The position numbers and the translations under genes are program-made. A model generated the notes under the pieces. The model had not been told where the DNA came from, did no database searches, and worked only from the letters and a program-made list of their open reading frames with translations. Shown here in pieces: positions 24,999 to 37,650 of a DNA stretch of 64,000 nucleotides. The stretch's first letter is position 1, and each line of letters begins with the position of its first letter. The stretch is from assembly GCF_964194155.1 (NCBI RefSeq), contig NC_135885.1, positions 67,084,001 to 67,148,000 on the forward strand. Direction: 5' to 3'. This DNA comes from Cetorhinus maximus (lineage: Eukaryota).

Positions 24999-26204
24999 GT
25001 GAGGAATTTCTTAAAATTTTCTCTAGCAAGACAACAAAACAAAATATGTTTGAACTTGGGAAAGAGGGTAATTATAATTGCAATTATTTGGATGTCTGGC
25101 AAGTAAGATTACCAAGACTTCAATACTATTGAAACAAAAGAAATTGCTCTTGCCTGCCACCCCCAAGATTCCCATCTCCACATCAGATAATGGAAAGTGG
25201 TGGATGATGAAGAAACCCTAGCGGCACTGCTCTTTGTTGCAGTGCTGCCAACAAGATCACTTGGTGTTAGAACAGCTGATCTGTTAACTCATGCACATGG
25301 CTGCAGCTGCTAGTCTGCGTCAAAAATGCGTCACTAAATCCAATCCACCCCACCCTTTCCATCAGGGGTCAGTATTAGCATAAGTTTGTCTCTACTTAAA
25401 GCAATTCAGCAACTTCCAAAGTACTAATTACAGCATATGAACTTCAAAGGCAGTTGAATATTCCTAATTAAATGTGCTAATTTTGCTGGGTGGAGTGTGT
25501 AATGCTAGTGAGTTGGCAGTTCCAATGAGACCAAATGGAGCAGTGCCTGAAGATCCAGGTGGATGCGAGAGAATGTTTATTCGAAGATGTGAATGAAAAT
25601 GTGAAATAAGCTGGCAGCACTGACTTTTTAGCACCCCTTTCCCCCCGCCCCGCCACACATCCCATTAGTTTTTGGGGATAACTTGCAACATGGACTAGTA
25701 TAAGTAGGGTGCCTCATAAAAAATGTGACTGTGTAAAGCTAGCACCTGAGGCGTCTCATACAACATCACCCTCCTTCCTATTTTCTTGAAATATCATTTT
25801 ATATTAAGTAATTATCCAGTAATCATTTGAAACCATAGTTGATATGACACCAGTCATTCATTATTGTGGCAAAGCTTTCCAGTAACTCATTGTATGAAGA
25901 ATGTTTTCCTGCATATCTGATGCTTGAGATTGGGCCTTTGTTTTTAATTTACCCATCAATGAAAATAATTGATAAGCTATCTTCACTCTGTCTTAGTTTG
26001 GAAGACCGCAGTCCTAGTTGATTATATTTCTTCAGCTCTGCTATCATTCTACACAGCATTGCCCCAGTATTCAGATGTAGTTGAATCATTTTATTCATTA
26101 TAACCTTTTTCATTTATAGTTCTCCCTGTGCTAAATATTTATGCATTTATATGTGAGTTTTGAAGAGAATTCACTATGTAATTTTATTTTGCTTTTACGT
26201 ACAG

Positions 26205-26459
26205 ATGCAAGATAGTAGACAAGCACTTGGCTATTCTAGCTAAAAAGCACTTTGAAACCAAGTTCATTAAATTAAATGCAGAAAAAGCTCCTTTTCTTTC
26301 TGAGAGATTACGAATCAAAGTCATTCCAACAATGGTTTTGGTGAAAGATGGAAAAGCTAAAGATTACATAGTTGGGTTTGATGACCTTGGTTGCACAGAC
26401 AACTTCACTACTGAGACTTTGGAATGGCGACTCGGCTGTGCTGCCATCATTAACTACAG
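26205..26459 (+). CDS. TXNDC9: TXNDC9 coding exon 3
   Basis: cag|[31 protein letters not shown]...[13 protein letters not shown](S)|gtaac; 255 nt. Confidence 0.95.
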
Positions 26460-26789
26460 GTAACACTCCCTGGTTTTTATTTTGGGTGCATTAGTACATA
26501 AATTTGATTTTTTAATCTGGGTGACAATTTAGTTTTAAAACCATAATTGCTTTTGTCTGTGATAGAAATTATGTTCTAACAAAAATTTCTCAAGTGACTT
26601 TTTCTAATGAGAAAACATGCCTGATATATTTCTCAATATGTAACTTTAAACAGGTTAGACATTTTGGGCTCTAAAAATGCCATATATGCTTTAGAGGAGG
26701 AAGCATAGATGGAATACTGTTATCAAAATCATTGCACACTACCCCCCCCCCCAAAAACATTATGGAAGAGACTTAACGCCAATGAGGTG

Positions 26790-27125
26790 CTCTTTTCTTA
26801 AGCATAGTCACAGTAAGAAACACAGCAACCAATTTGCACACAAGCAAACATCAAATGAAATAATGACCAGACTGTTTTTTTTTAGTGATGTAGCTAAGCA
26901 GGATACTAGGAAAAGTCCTGCTCTTCTTCCAAAAGCATTATAGAATTTTTTACATCCACCTGAGGACAGATGGGACCTTGGTTTAAAATGTCATCGGACA
27001 GCACCTCTGATAATGCAGCATCCCTCATTATGGCATTGAAATGCCAGTCTTACTTATGTCCTGTAGTCTCTGGAGTGGGACATGACTCATCACAAGTGCT
27101 ACCACTGAGGCAAGGCAGCAACTAT
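26790..27125 (-). mobile_element. SacSINE1/Deu-type SINE in a TXNDC9 intron
   Basis: Deu core tacatccacctgagg..cagcacctctgataatgcagcatccctca; colinear with 46355-46778. Confidence 0.7.
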
Positions 27126-27519
27126 TGGTCAAGTGCCAATTGGCAGACTCTAGAAGACTTTGTAGAAAAGTTAAGTGGAAATCAATATTGTATGGGATAG
27201 CTCATGTATGTGTGCATTTGTTCACTGTTTCAGGCATAGATTTTTATGAAGTTAAGCAGCCTATTTTGCCCATTGATAGTTGCCACACAATTCCTCCCAG
27301 GGACTATTATAATTTTCTGATGCAGATTTTTTGCTTTACAGCTGAAGCTACCTCAGACTATTTAAAGTAAATGTGTCTGCAATTTTTCTTTTTAGCTCTG
27401 TCCAATAAAATTGAGTTGCAACTTTCCAAGAAGCACAAAATACCATTTTGTACATAATGGACTTTATATTTCAGCTCCAGAATAAAACAAGTGATTAAAA
27501 TCTGATTCTTTTATTTTAG

Positions 27520-27634
27520 TGGAAATTTGATGGAACCACCTTTCCAGATGCAAAGAAAAAGTGGATGCGTCACAAAGATGGAGAAAAAGGCAATCAGAGG
27601 AAAAAGCAATGATTCTGATTCAGATGATGATTAG
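27520..27634 (+). CDS. TXNDC9: TXNDC9 last coding exon
   Basis: tag|GNLMEPPFQMQRKSG..KKAIRGKSNDSDSDDD*; spliced CDS 678 nt = 225 aa. Confidence 0.95.
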
Positions 27635-27747
27635 ACTGTTCTAAGTATGTTTCTTGATTGAAGCTTCTAATTTAGCCTTTTTTCCTGTCCTACCCATTAT
27701 CAATTTTTAATTTTAACAGATGCCATACAAATTTTTAATTTTACACT

Positions 27748-27753
27748 AATAAA
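27748..27753 (+). terminator. Candidate TXNDC9 polyadenylation signal (second AATAAA at 27941)
   Basis: AATAAA 113 nt after the stop codon. Confidence 0.5.
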
Positions 27754-28119
27754 ACTGCACATACAATTGCATTGTAAACAGTGACTCTGTCAGGTATTGA
27801 CTAAAGTTTTTTCAAAAATGTTTCATGAATGTTGGTAGAAAGTCATCTATTTTGCGGCAATTGCATTGTAAGTCTATTTTTCTGTAGATGACAAATACAC
27901 ACTTGCATCACTTACTAGATAAATGAACATCATACTTAGTAATAAATTGGAAAGACATACAATAATTCACTTACCAATTTGTGAACTGAATTGTTGACTT
28001 TATAAGGTTCTAGGTGCTGTATGCAACTAACTTTGCAATTATTCCTAAGAAAGCAACACCATTAAGTGGCAGGTTTTTTGATCATGTAGGGTATCATTGT
28101 CAAACCTGTTCCTGTCTAA

Positions 28120-30650
28120 ATACTACATACGAATTAGGAGCAGGCCATTTGGCCCCTGGAGCCTGCTACATCATTCAATAAAATCATGTCTGGATCTGAT
28201 TGTGGCCTCAACTCCACATTCACACCTACCCCTGATAACCTTGACTCCCTTGTTAGTCAAGAATCGATCTACCTCTGCCTTAAAAATATTTAATGTCCCT
28301 GCCATCACCGCTCTCTGGGGAAGGGTGTTCCAAAAATTCATGACCCTCAGAGAAAAAAAAATCTCCTTGTCTAAATCTTAAATGGGAGATCCCTTATCTT
28401 TAAACTGTGTTCCCTAGTTTTAGTCTGTTCCACAAGGGGAAACATCCTATCAAGTCCCCTCAGGATCTTGTGTGTATCAATAAAATCACATCTTATTCTT
28501 CTAAATTACAATGGATACATGCCCAACCTTTGCTCATAAGATAGCACCCCCCACACCAGCTATCACTCGAGTGAATCTTCCCTGAACTGCTTCTAATGCA
28601 TTTATATCCCTTCTTAAATAAGGAGACCAAAACTGTACACAGTATTCCATATTTGGTCTCACCAACTCCCTTTAGAACTGTGGCAAAACATCCCTACTTT
28701 TATATTCCATTCCCTTTGCAATAAATGACAACATTCCACTTGCCTTCCTAATCATTTGCTGTACCTGTGTACCAACTTTGAGATTCATGTACCAAGACAG
28801 CCAGATGCCTCTATACCTCAAGAGTTCTGTAATCTCTCTCTACTTAAATAATATGCTGCTTTTCTATTCTTCCCACCAAAGTGGATAATTTCACATTTTC
28901 CATCTGCCAAATTTTTCCCCACTCACTTAACCTATCTACATTCCTTTGCAGATTCCTCACGTCCTCTTCACAATTTACTTTCCGACCTACCTTTTGTACC
29001 ATCAGCAAATTTAGCAACCATACGTTTGGTCCCTTCACCCAAGTCACTGATATATTTGTATATAGTTGAGGGCCCCAACACTGATCCCTATGGCACTGTA
29101 CTGGTCACACTAATTTCCCTTTCACACATTCATGTTGACTCTGCCTAATTGCATTCATATTTTCTAATTGCATTCATATTTTCAAAGTGCCCTGCTATAA
29201 CCTCCTCAATAATAGATTCCAGCATTTTCCCCATGACAGATGTTAAGTTAACTGGCCTGTAGTTTCCTGCTTTCTGTCTCCCTTTTTTTGAGTAGAGGAG
29301 CCACATTCGCTATTTTCCAATCCAATGGGATCTTTTCAGAATATATGGAGTTTTGGAGAATTAAAACCAATACATCTATCCATCAGCCACTTAAGACCCT
29401 AGGCTGAAGTCCATCAGGACCTGAGGACTTGAGTTCTAATAATTTTCTCAAAACCCTTTCCCTGATGATTGTAATTGTTTTTTAGTTCCTCCCTTCCTTT
29501 CACTGCCTAATTACATTATTTCAGGGATGTTCCTTCTATCCTCTACAGTGAAGACATGCAAAATATCTGTTCAATTCATTCACCATTTCCTTATTTTTCC
29601 ATGATTAATTCCCCAGACTCACTCTGTAGCGGACCACTGCTTACTCTTTTCCTTTCAAATACCTGTAGAAGCTCTATCTGTCTTTATATAGCTTTCTCTC
29701 AATCTTTGTTATTTTTTGCTGTTCTTTATATTTTGTCCAATTTTCTGACCTACCACCCCACTTGGTGGAATTATACACTTTTTCTTTCAATTTGTTACTA
29801 TCTTTATCTTAGTAAGCCATGGAAGGTGCATCCTTCCCTTAGAGTCTGTCTTTCTCACTGGAATGTATCCTGAATATTCTGAAATATCTCCTTAACTTTG
29901 TCACTGCTGATCTATCCCTTAACCTAATTTCCCAGTTTAATTTAACTAGTTCTGACTTCATGCCCTCATAATTACCCTTATTTAAGTTTAAAACACTAGT
30001 CCTAGATCTGATCATCTCGCCCTCAAACTGAATGTGAAATTCAATCATATTATGAACACTGCTACCTAGGGGTGCCTTCACTACGAGGTATTAATTAATC
30101 CTGTCTCGTTGCACCTCATCAGATCTAGTTTAGCCTGTTCTCTGGTTGGCTGTAGAATGTGCTGCTCTAAGAATCCGTTCCAAAACACTCTTATGAACTC
30201 ATCATGCAGGCTACCTTTGCCATTCTGATTCACCCAATCTATGCATAGATTAAAATCACCCATGATTATTACTGTACCTTTTTCACAAGCTCCCATTACT
30301 TCTTCCTATATACACAGTCCTACAGTGTGGTTACTGTTAGGGGGCCTATGAATCACCCCCCACAAGTGACTTCTTGCCTTTACTATTTCTCATCTCTAAC
30401 CAAACTGATTCTATATCTTGATCTCCAGAACGGAGATCATCTTTCTCTATACTATACCAATGTCATTTTTAACAGAGCTACCCTTCCATTTTTTTTCTAG
30501 CTTCCTGTCTTTTCTAAATGTCATATGCCCATGAATATTCAGGTCCCAATCTTTGTCATCTTGCAGGCATGTCTTTGTAATGGCTATTAGATCATAGAAA
30601 CTCATCTCTCTTTGTGCTGTCAATTCATCAGTTTTATTATGAATATTCAC
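28120..30650 (-). mobile_element. Decayed near-full-length CR1 ORF2
   Basis: APE remnants (YDLIAITKT, IIMGDFN, SVHNMIEF), RT remnants and CR1 3' tail at ~28130. Confidence 0.8.
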
Positions 30651-31764
30651 TTACCTTATGAGGAACAATTAAGTTGAAATGGGTACAGAACATTTATTTC
30701 TCCTCTTCATTCGCAGTTATGTTGCTTCCTGTTCCATGGGTGCTAGTTGTTGTTCTTCTGTGTTTTCTAAGTGCTGTTCTTTTTGTAGCTAAATGTACTT
30801 TTTATGGTACTGAGTTATACAGCTTAAGCTACATGATTCATTAATTATTCTGGGCTATCACAGCTAGAGTGGTACCTTAGCAGCTGGGTAAGAAAAAGGC
30901 AAAAGTAGTCACCGTTTGGGTTGGTAATTGCTATATAGTGACCCTGCCACGGGTTTGGAATATTGCATTAACATTAGGATGGTTGTGATACTCTGTCAAA
31001 ATAATCACTTAGATGACATGCTGAACTATTGCTGTGTAGGTATATTCCAAACTGAAACACTGAATGGAAGTAGAGCTGTGTTCCCTTCACTCTATTCTTC
31101 TGCAGTCAACTGATTAAAAATGTAGTGTGTAATTAATATTTATTCAGAATGTGGCGGTGTTGGTAAGGTCTGAACATGGTAAGCTGCTTTCTTGAACCAT
31201 TTCCGTAGCAGTTTGATATATCTGTTTAAGAACCAAGCACATTAGTGTAGAACTGGAGTCTCAAAGATCAGACCTGTTGAGGCAGAATGGAAAAGGAGCA
31301 GTAATGGATGACTTACACGAGTAACATTGTGTGCGTTGAACTCTGCACTAACTCTGTGTTTGTTTTACATTTCAATGTGTAGTTAATATACTATTGCTAA
31401 CTCTCCCCTAATTTTCTTCCCTCTCTCAATCCACTCTTGCCCTCTCTACTTAATTTGACTAATTCACTCAATTTCTTTCTCTACTGAACTTGTTTCTCAA
31501 TCTTTAAATCTGTTGTTTGGATAGAGAGTCAACAGTTTATTGTTCATCACATTACCCTTGCTACAATCTTGCACTTCACAAATCTGCCAGTCAATAAGTT
31601 TGAGCAGAGGGTAACCTATCGGAGTATGCTGAAAAATGCCCCGCTTCAGTAAAATCTGAGCCATTACTTTAATTTGATTGAAACAGCTTTTTTTTTTAAA
31701 AAAAACAAGAGCTGCACCAGCAGGTTACTTTCCAAGTACTGATTCAAAAAAAAACAAATGAGTA

Positions 31765-32048
31765 CAAAGCAAAATATTGCAGATCTTGGAAATCTGAAAT
31801 AACAAAAATATTTAGGTCATGCAACATCTACGGAGAGAGAAACAGTTACGTTTCAGTTCAATGACCTTTTGTCATAACTGGAAGATGTTATAAATGAACA
31901 ACTTCAAGGGAGGTATGGAGCTAGGTAAAAGCAAGCAGAAAAAGGAAAAAAATGGTCACTACTGTAGGGCAGATGATTAAATAACAAGAGTATTCACAGC
32001 ACAAAGCAAAGGGAGACGCACAATGTTAGAGAAACGTGCCCAGAAGAT
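31765..32048 (-). mobile_element. Penelope-type terminal remnant flanking the Harbinger insertion
   Basis: aaatctgaaat..catctacggagagagaaacagttacgtttcag..tgacc motif shared with 21750 and 58330. Confidence 0.55.
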
Positions 32049-32511
32049 ATGGGCCAGAATTTTTAGCTCAGTATGCGGGCGGGCGCCTGACACGCCCGAG
32101 TGTGAAATAAAGCATGTTGATGTCAGCTGAGCATGCTGATAACACACACACTCGATATTTCAGTTGGCGGGCATGCCCGCCATTAATTAAGTGGCCAGTT
32201 AAGGCCCTTGAGAAACCAATTGTCTCGGACTTTACGTAGCCCGTGCGATTTTCAGGCCGTCGCATGGGCTAAACGGGCAGGCCACAATTTCAAAAACCTC
32301 ATCCACAGGTGGGATATGGGGCGGCGGGGGTTAGTGGGCTTGTAAATGCAAGTAGGATATAACTTGCTGCTGGGTGCTTGCGTGAACAGGACATCTTCAT
32401 TTTGCTTCAGAGCTGCATTGACAGAAATAAGAGACTTCAGTTTAGGACCCCAGAGGATTCATACCATTTGGGGCCTTTCAGGTATCAGACAGCCTTCCCC
32501 TTACCCTGGTA

Positions 32512-33706
32512 ATGGGGATTGTGGTCTCTGCTGGAGGCACCTCCTCTGAGGAGGAAGAGTGGGCCAAATGGGGGAGGAGGCCAGGTGTCCCTATTCAGCC
32601 TCCAGGGGAGCGACTTGTGGTAGGAGAGGTACAGGGCCAACAGGAAGTCCAAGGCGGAAAGGGCTGCAGACGACACCATTATCCTAGTGCCAGGGCTTAC
32701 AGGCGACGATGCAGCTACCTCAATATGTCTGAGGTACAATGCCAAAGGGGGCTCCGCCTCTCAAGGGAGACAATGACCTCTATTTGTCAGCGGATCAGCC
32801 TTGAGATCAGCTCTGACTGTGGGTGGACATCCCATGCCAGTGGCACTAAAGGTCACAGTGGTCCTCAACTTCTATGCCTCCGGCTCCTTCCAGGGCTCAG
32901 TGGGGGACCTGTGTGGAGTCTCCCAATCAGCTGTCCACAGTTGCATCAAGCTGGTGACAGATGCTCTGTTCAGGCATGCATTGACTTTCATTCACCACCA
33001 CATGGACGAGGCCAGCCAGGCAGAGTGAGCTATTGCTGGGTTCCCCCGTGTCCAGGTACAACCAACGGCACGCGTGGCCATCAAGGCGCCAGCAGATGAG
33101 CTGGGTGCTTTCATTAACAGGGTTTCCACTCCATGAACTTGCAGATAGTGTGAGACCACAGGATGCAGATTCTGCAAGACTGTGCAAGGTACCCCGGCAG
33201 CTCCCATGAAGCTTACATCCTGAGACATTCCCAGGTGCCAAGGCTCTTCAGTGTTCCAGCCCGATTGGATGGATGGATGCTGGGTGATGAGGGCTACCCC
33301 CTCAAAAGGTGGCTCATGACGTCTCTCCGCCACCCAAGAACAGAGACTGAGCAGCAATGCAACAGGAGCCACGGCTCCACAAGGGTGGTGGTAGAGAGAA
33401 CCATAGGTCTTCTCAAGATGCGCTTCCGATGCCTGGATTGTTCAGGGGGCGCACTCCAATACCCCCCAGATCGTGTGTCACTGATAGTGGTTGCATGCTG
33501 CGCTCTCCTCAATCTGGCTCTGGAAAGGGCGGATGCAGTGGCGGAAGATGATCTTGACACAGCTGTACAGGCAACACGATGAGTCCAGTAGTGAGTCCGA
33601 GGATGAGCACGGTCAGGAGAATGCTGAGGGCACAGACGCTAACTTGGGCAACCTCCAAGGAGGCAGGGTCACCCAGGACGCTTTGATCCAACATTTCTTC
33701 AGCTAG
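32512..33706 (+). pseudogene. Harbinger DDE transposase (HARBI1-like), frameshifted
   Basis: GHPMPVALKVTVVLNFYASGSFQ, RYPGSSHEAYIL, WMLGDEGYPL, RVVVERTIGLLKMRFRCLD and IVVACCALLN, spread over several frames. Confidence 0.88.
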
Positions 33707-34039
33707 CCTACCAAATAAAAGCCACCACCATATGCTAGGGCTGCAGGCTCCATATTTGATCACTGACAGGACCAGTTCCTTGATCAACAACATAAATTTT
33801 ATTGAAATGGCACATAGTGTAAGGAGAAACATGTCCATCATAACATTATGGCTTACCCTGCAAAAATGAAACATCCAGAGGCCAGTTACACAAAAGCACA
33901 ATTAACTGTTGCCTGGCAAATGTTCTACAAATTAACATTGACAGATGTTTTCCATCACACCAATAAACACAGAAAAATGGGAGGAAACAAATATCACCCT
34001 TGATCAGGCCATGTTGTGATTAAGGTGCTTTTAAGTCTC

Positions 34040-35760
34040 ATTTGCGGGTGCTACATCTAGGTGCTCCCCTCTCGCTGGCACTGATATTGGAGACATGCTG
34101 CTCACTCTGCTGTCCTGTTGGCCTTGATGATTTTGGCGGGTGTCCTCTGGCCTGAGGAGCCTGTGCTGGCCCACCTGGGAGTGGCTGGTGCCACAGCTGG
34201 CATCTCCCCAGTTGCCGCAGCCTCATCGGATGCCACGGTCACTGGAAGAGGGGCGGAGGAGCTGCTCTGCCCTGAGGAGCCCGCAGAGACGACAAGCAAC
34301 TCGTGCGCCAACATGAGGTCGCTCTGGACCTCCCTGCTCACCATTGGACGGGCATCTAGCTGGGATACTGGGTGCCCAATCCATTTCCCACACTGATACC
34401 ACCTGAGGTCATTGCCGGCGTAAGGGCTTGCAGGTCTGAGCACATCTCCAGTAACCCGATTCAGTTCTTGGAGAAGCCTCTCCATGAGAATCGCCACTTT
34501 CTCCATGGAGGCGGCATTGTGCCCGGCCACGAGGGTCAATGCAGTGCTCATGCTCCGCAAGTACTTCTCCACAACGGAGACCATGGCACACGTTCTCTTA
34601 TGTATCTCCGCCAGATCTTCCCGCACACCCTGCTGGATGTCCAGTGTCTGTTGCCTCATGGACGACTCCAGAGGCACATCAGCCATCAACTGATCATTGT
34701 CCTTGTCCCCAGCCGTCCTCCGACAAAAGGCGCCCTGGACACACTCTGCCTCGGCCTGCACCTCAAGCAAGTGTGAAGTACCCTCACCAATGTGCACCAA
34801 GATAGTAGCAGGTGTGTTCTGATCAGTGTGGTCCTCAGAGGTCAGGGGTGGGCCTTCAGGCTGTTCATCCCAAAGGACTGGTGGTGAGCCTAAAATGAAG
34901 AACAAGGACACGTCATTAGTCGAAGTCGTCACACTGTTACTGTGCATGCCTGGCAGCCTCGTGAGACAGAGATATGTATCAGGGTGCCCTCGTCTTTCCA
35001 TTATCAATGGGGATTCCAGGTTCAAGGCTCACACCAATATAGAGACTACAATGGAATTGTTGCAATTACCGACATTCTCACCTCAGTGCAGTCTTACCTC
35101 TGTGGCACCCCAACCTCACTGCAGCTGCTTGACCTAGGCACATGGCGCCTCTCCAGCTCCAGGGCTTCCTGCTCATAATGAGTGAGGATTATTAGGTGTG
35201 GCAGTCCGCCACCAGTACGCAACATCACGGCATTGTTATGGGATGTTTTCTCCTGGAAGGATAGAGGAGCATTGATTAATTCACTCTTTACTTGCATTGC
35301 CATTGCAGCCTAGCCTGGGGAAGACCTCGCAGGGTTCAGCCAATTCGTGACTCTAGAGCTGCAAGCCACTCAGTCCAAGCAGCCAGGGCTCACCTCTTTG
35401 CCCAGATGCTGCCTCATTGACATTTGCCACTCACACTCTTAACACCTCTGAGGTCCACAGGAGGATGGGCAGCTCTTAACTGCTCTGCAAAGTGACCCAT
35501 ACCAACACGGTACCCACCCTTCCTGATCACAGCAGATCTTTGAAGCGCTTCCAGCACTACACCCATGTGCGCCTCGCCACATCGTGGCTGCTGACTCTGA
35601 ATGCCACCTCCTCCCAGGCCTTTTTGGTGAGGTTGGGGGGGCCTCCTCCACCTGTCCCTGGGGACAAGGGTTTCTCTCCATGCTGTTACCGCCTCCAGGA
35701 GGGTAGCGAGGCACTCATTGGAGAAACAAGGGGCCGAATGCCCCAGCGACCTGCCCTCCT
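34040..35760 (-). pseudogene. Harbinger Myb/SANT-like DNA-binding protein gene, spliced, decayed
   Basis: Minus-strand frame APCFSNECLATLLEAV...TKKAWEEVAFRVSS...W..CWKRFKDLL (trihelix/SANT). Then an exon EKTSHN..RTGGG..EQEALEL with an AG|gtaag donor, then a coiled-coil-like last exon. Confidence 0.75.
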
Positions 35761-36379
35761 GCCTGCCACAACGCTCTCCATCACAACTTCCACATTTTTC
35801 AGTGGCAGCTTTCCAAGGGCTGCCGAGGCCACATTTGAATCAGCCGCTAGGTCGCCATTGGACCTGGCGTACATGGAATACCCACCCCTTCGCTCTCATT
35901 CCGCAGCTGCGTCATATGCAGGGTGGGCCTTAATTGGCTCGCCTGCGTAAAATCGTGGTGCGCTACTGATCGTGGGTGGCGGTTGGCTTTCCGACTGCCC
36001 CCACCCATCCCCGTTGATCCCGCATGCTAAGGGCAAAATTCTGTCCATGATTATGAAAACCTGGAAGATCTGTTAAGCAGAGAAGACTTCACTGGCCCAG
36101 GAAGGTGACGTAGAACATATTGTGAATTTAAGGAGAGCAGACCCCACCTTGCCCTTTGTGTACCAATGGGGAATCTCCAGCCCACACCTCCTGTTATCCG
36201 TAGCTCTGGTGCACCCATCCTACATGTCAGCTCCTATGGGAACAATGACTAAACTTCACACCTTAACCAATGTTTAGGTCACAAGGCTGTCAACTGTCTA
36301 ACACAAAGAGAAGATCCTATTCAGAGCTTATTTTAATCTTAATTTGAAATGTAAAAGGCCAAGAACAGAAGTCAGTGGG

Positions 36380-36650
36380 AGTCTGGACATACTGTTTGTT
36401 ACTCTAATATCTCTCACTACCTTTTGCCTTGCACCATTATTATTTCTGTCATTTAATCATCTCATCTGCCACCCAGTCGCAAACCTCTCCTTTTTCCTGC
36501 CCACTTTTCCTTGGCTCTGTATCTATTTAAAAGCTGTTCATCTGTAACATCATCTAGTCCTAATGAAAGGTCATCGATCTGAAATATCAATCCTACATTT
36601 CTCCACAGATGTTGCCAGACCTGTTGAGTGTTTTCAGCATTTTCTGAATC
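36380..36650 (+). mobile_element. Penelope-type terminal remnant with degenerate hammerhead
   Basis: ctaatga-aaggtcatcgatct-gaaa at 36560-36584, followed by ctccacagatgttgccagacctgttgag. Confidence 0.6.
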
Positions 36651-36939
36651 TGGATGGTAGAGAAAGGATGAGACAACTTACAGGCCTAGTGAAAAGAAAG
36701 CAATGCAACTAGAATTAGAAAGCTGCTCTCTTTCTAAAAATGTGCAAGGAATTTGAAACACAACTGTTATTCCTGTTCCTGTAGTAACACATGAACTATT
36801 AAAATTAAACTAATTTCATCTTGTTGGAAATCACAAAAGTAAGCATAACATCCAGTTCCTATACAATGTTGAAATAGAATACATTTCATTGTACAGCAGT
36901 TAACCAAAATGTTGTAATACACTTTTGCTTTTGTATAAC

Positions 36940-37220
36940 AACTCCAGGAACAAATAAAAAATAAAACTCTTGCGAGGGTTATGATTTCACAAGGAAAAGC
37001 AATTATCTGGTAGTTCTGTACTTACAAACTTTCCATCAAGTTATCTAACCAAGGCGCTTTTTTTTTAGTTCTTTCATGAGATATGAATGCTGCTGGCAAG
37101 GCCAACATTTGTTGCCCATCCCTAACTTCCCTGGAGAAGGTAGTGGTTAGTTGCCTTCTTGAAGTGTTGCAGTCCATGTAGTTTGGTATAGCCACAGTAC
37201 AGTTAGGAAGGGAGTTTTCA
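36940..37220. repeat. Direct repeat copy 1 (partner at ~38303-38575)
   Basis: Shared atgatttcacaaggaaaagcaattatctggtagttctg plus the adjoining LINE 3' tail. Confidence 0.85.
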
Positions 37221-37315
37221 GGGTCAATGCAGAATGAAAGATCTAGGCAGTATTTCTACTATATATTTTAAAGATAAACTTGAAACTTGACTTTATGGAA
37301 ACATGAAATTAAATA

Positions 37316-37321
37316 TTTATT
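37316..37321 (-). terminator. Candidate MRPL30 polyadenylation signal
   Basis: AATAAA on the minus strand 47 nt after the stop codon. Confidence 0.55.
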
Positions 37322-37368
37322 TTGCATACATGTGGAACACAAGAAGCAGCTTGAGATTCAGTGGCTTT

Positions 37369-37483
37369 TTACTCCAATGGTTGCAGGTGGCGCCGTATAA
37401 TTAATTCCCCTGTGCTCTTCAGGTAAGTGTCAGCTAATTCCTGTTCTGTTGGAAGTCCCTGTGGCAATTTCAGGGGTTGCACT
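37369..37483 (-). CDS. MRPL30: Mitochondrial ribosomal protein L30 (uL30m), last coding exon
   Basis: cag|(R)VQPLKLPQGLPTEQELADTYLKSTGELIIRRHLQPLE*; spliced CDS 456 nt = 151 aa. Confidence 0.95.
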
Positions 37484-37576
37484 CTGCAAAGATATTTAAA
37501 ATATTAATCACTAAATTAGAGTTACAAGTTTAAAAATTAAGACAAATTGAAGTTTAGTGTAATTGTATTCACCAAC

Positions 37577-37650
37577 CTTACAAGATGCTTGATTACTTTT
37601 AGTTTATTGTTAACTGATGGAACATTCTTATGGATCCGTGGTTGATTTGA
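37577..37650 (-). CDS. MRPL30: MRPL30 coding exon 4
   Basis: cag|SNQPRIHKNVPSVNNKLKVIKHLV(R)|gt; 74 nt. Confidence 0.95.

Larger units (their letters stand above)
32052..36046. mobile_element. Structurally complete PIF/Harbinger DNA transposon (~4.0 kb), decayed
   Basis: Imperfect ~28-bp TIRs (ggccagaattttt..agtatgcggg / cccgcatgct..aaaattctgtcc); 3-bp TSD ATG (32049-32051, 36047-36049); convergent transposase and Myb/SANT genes. Confidence 0.88.
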
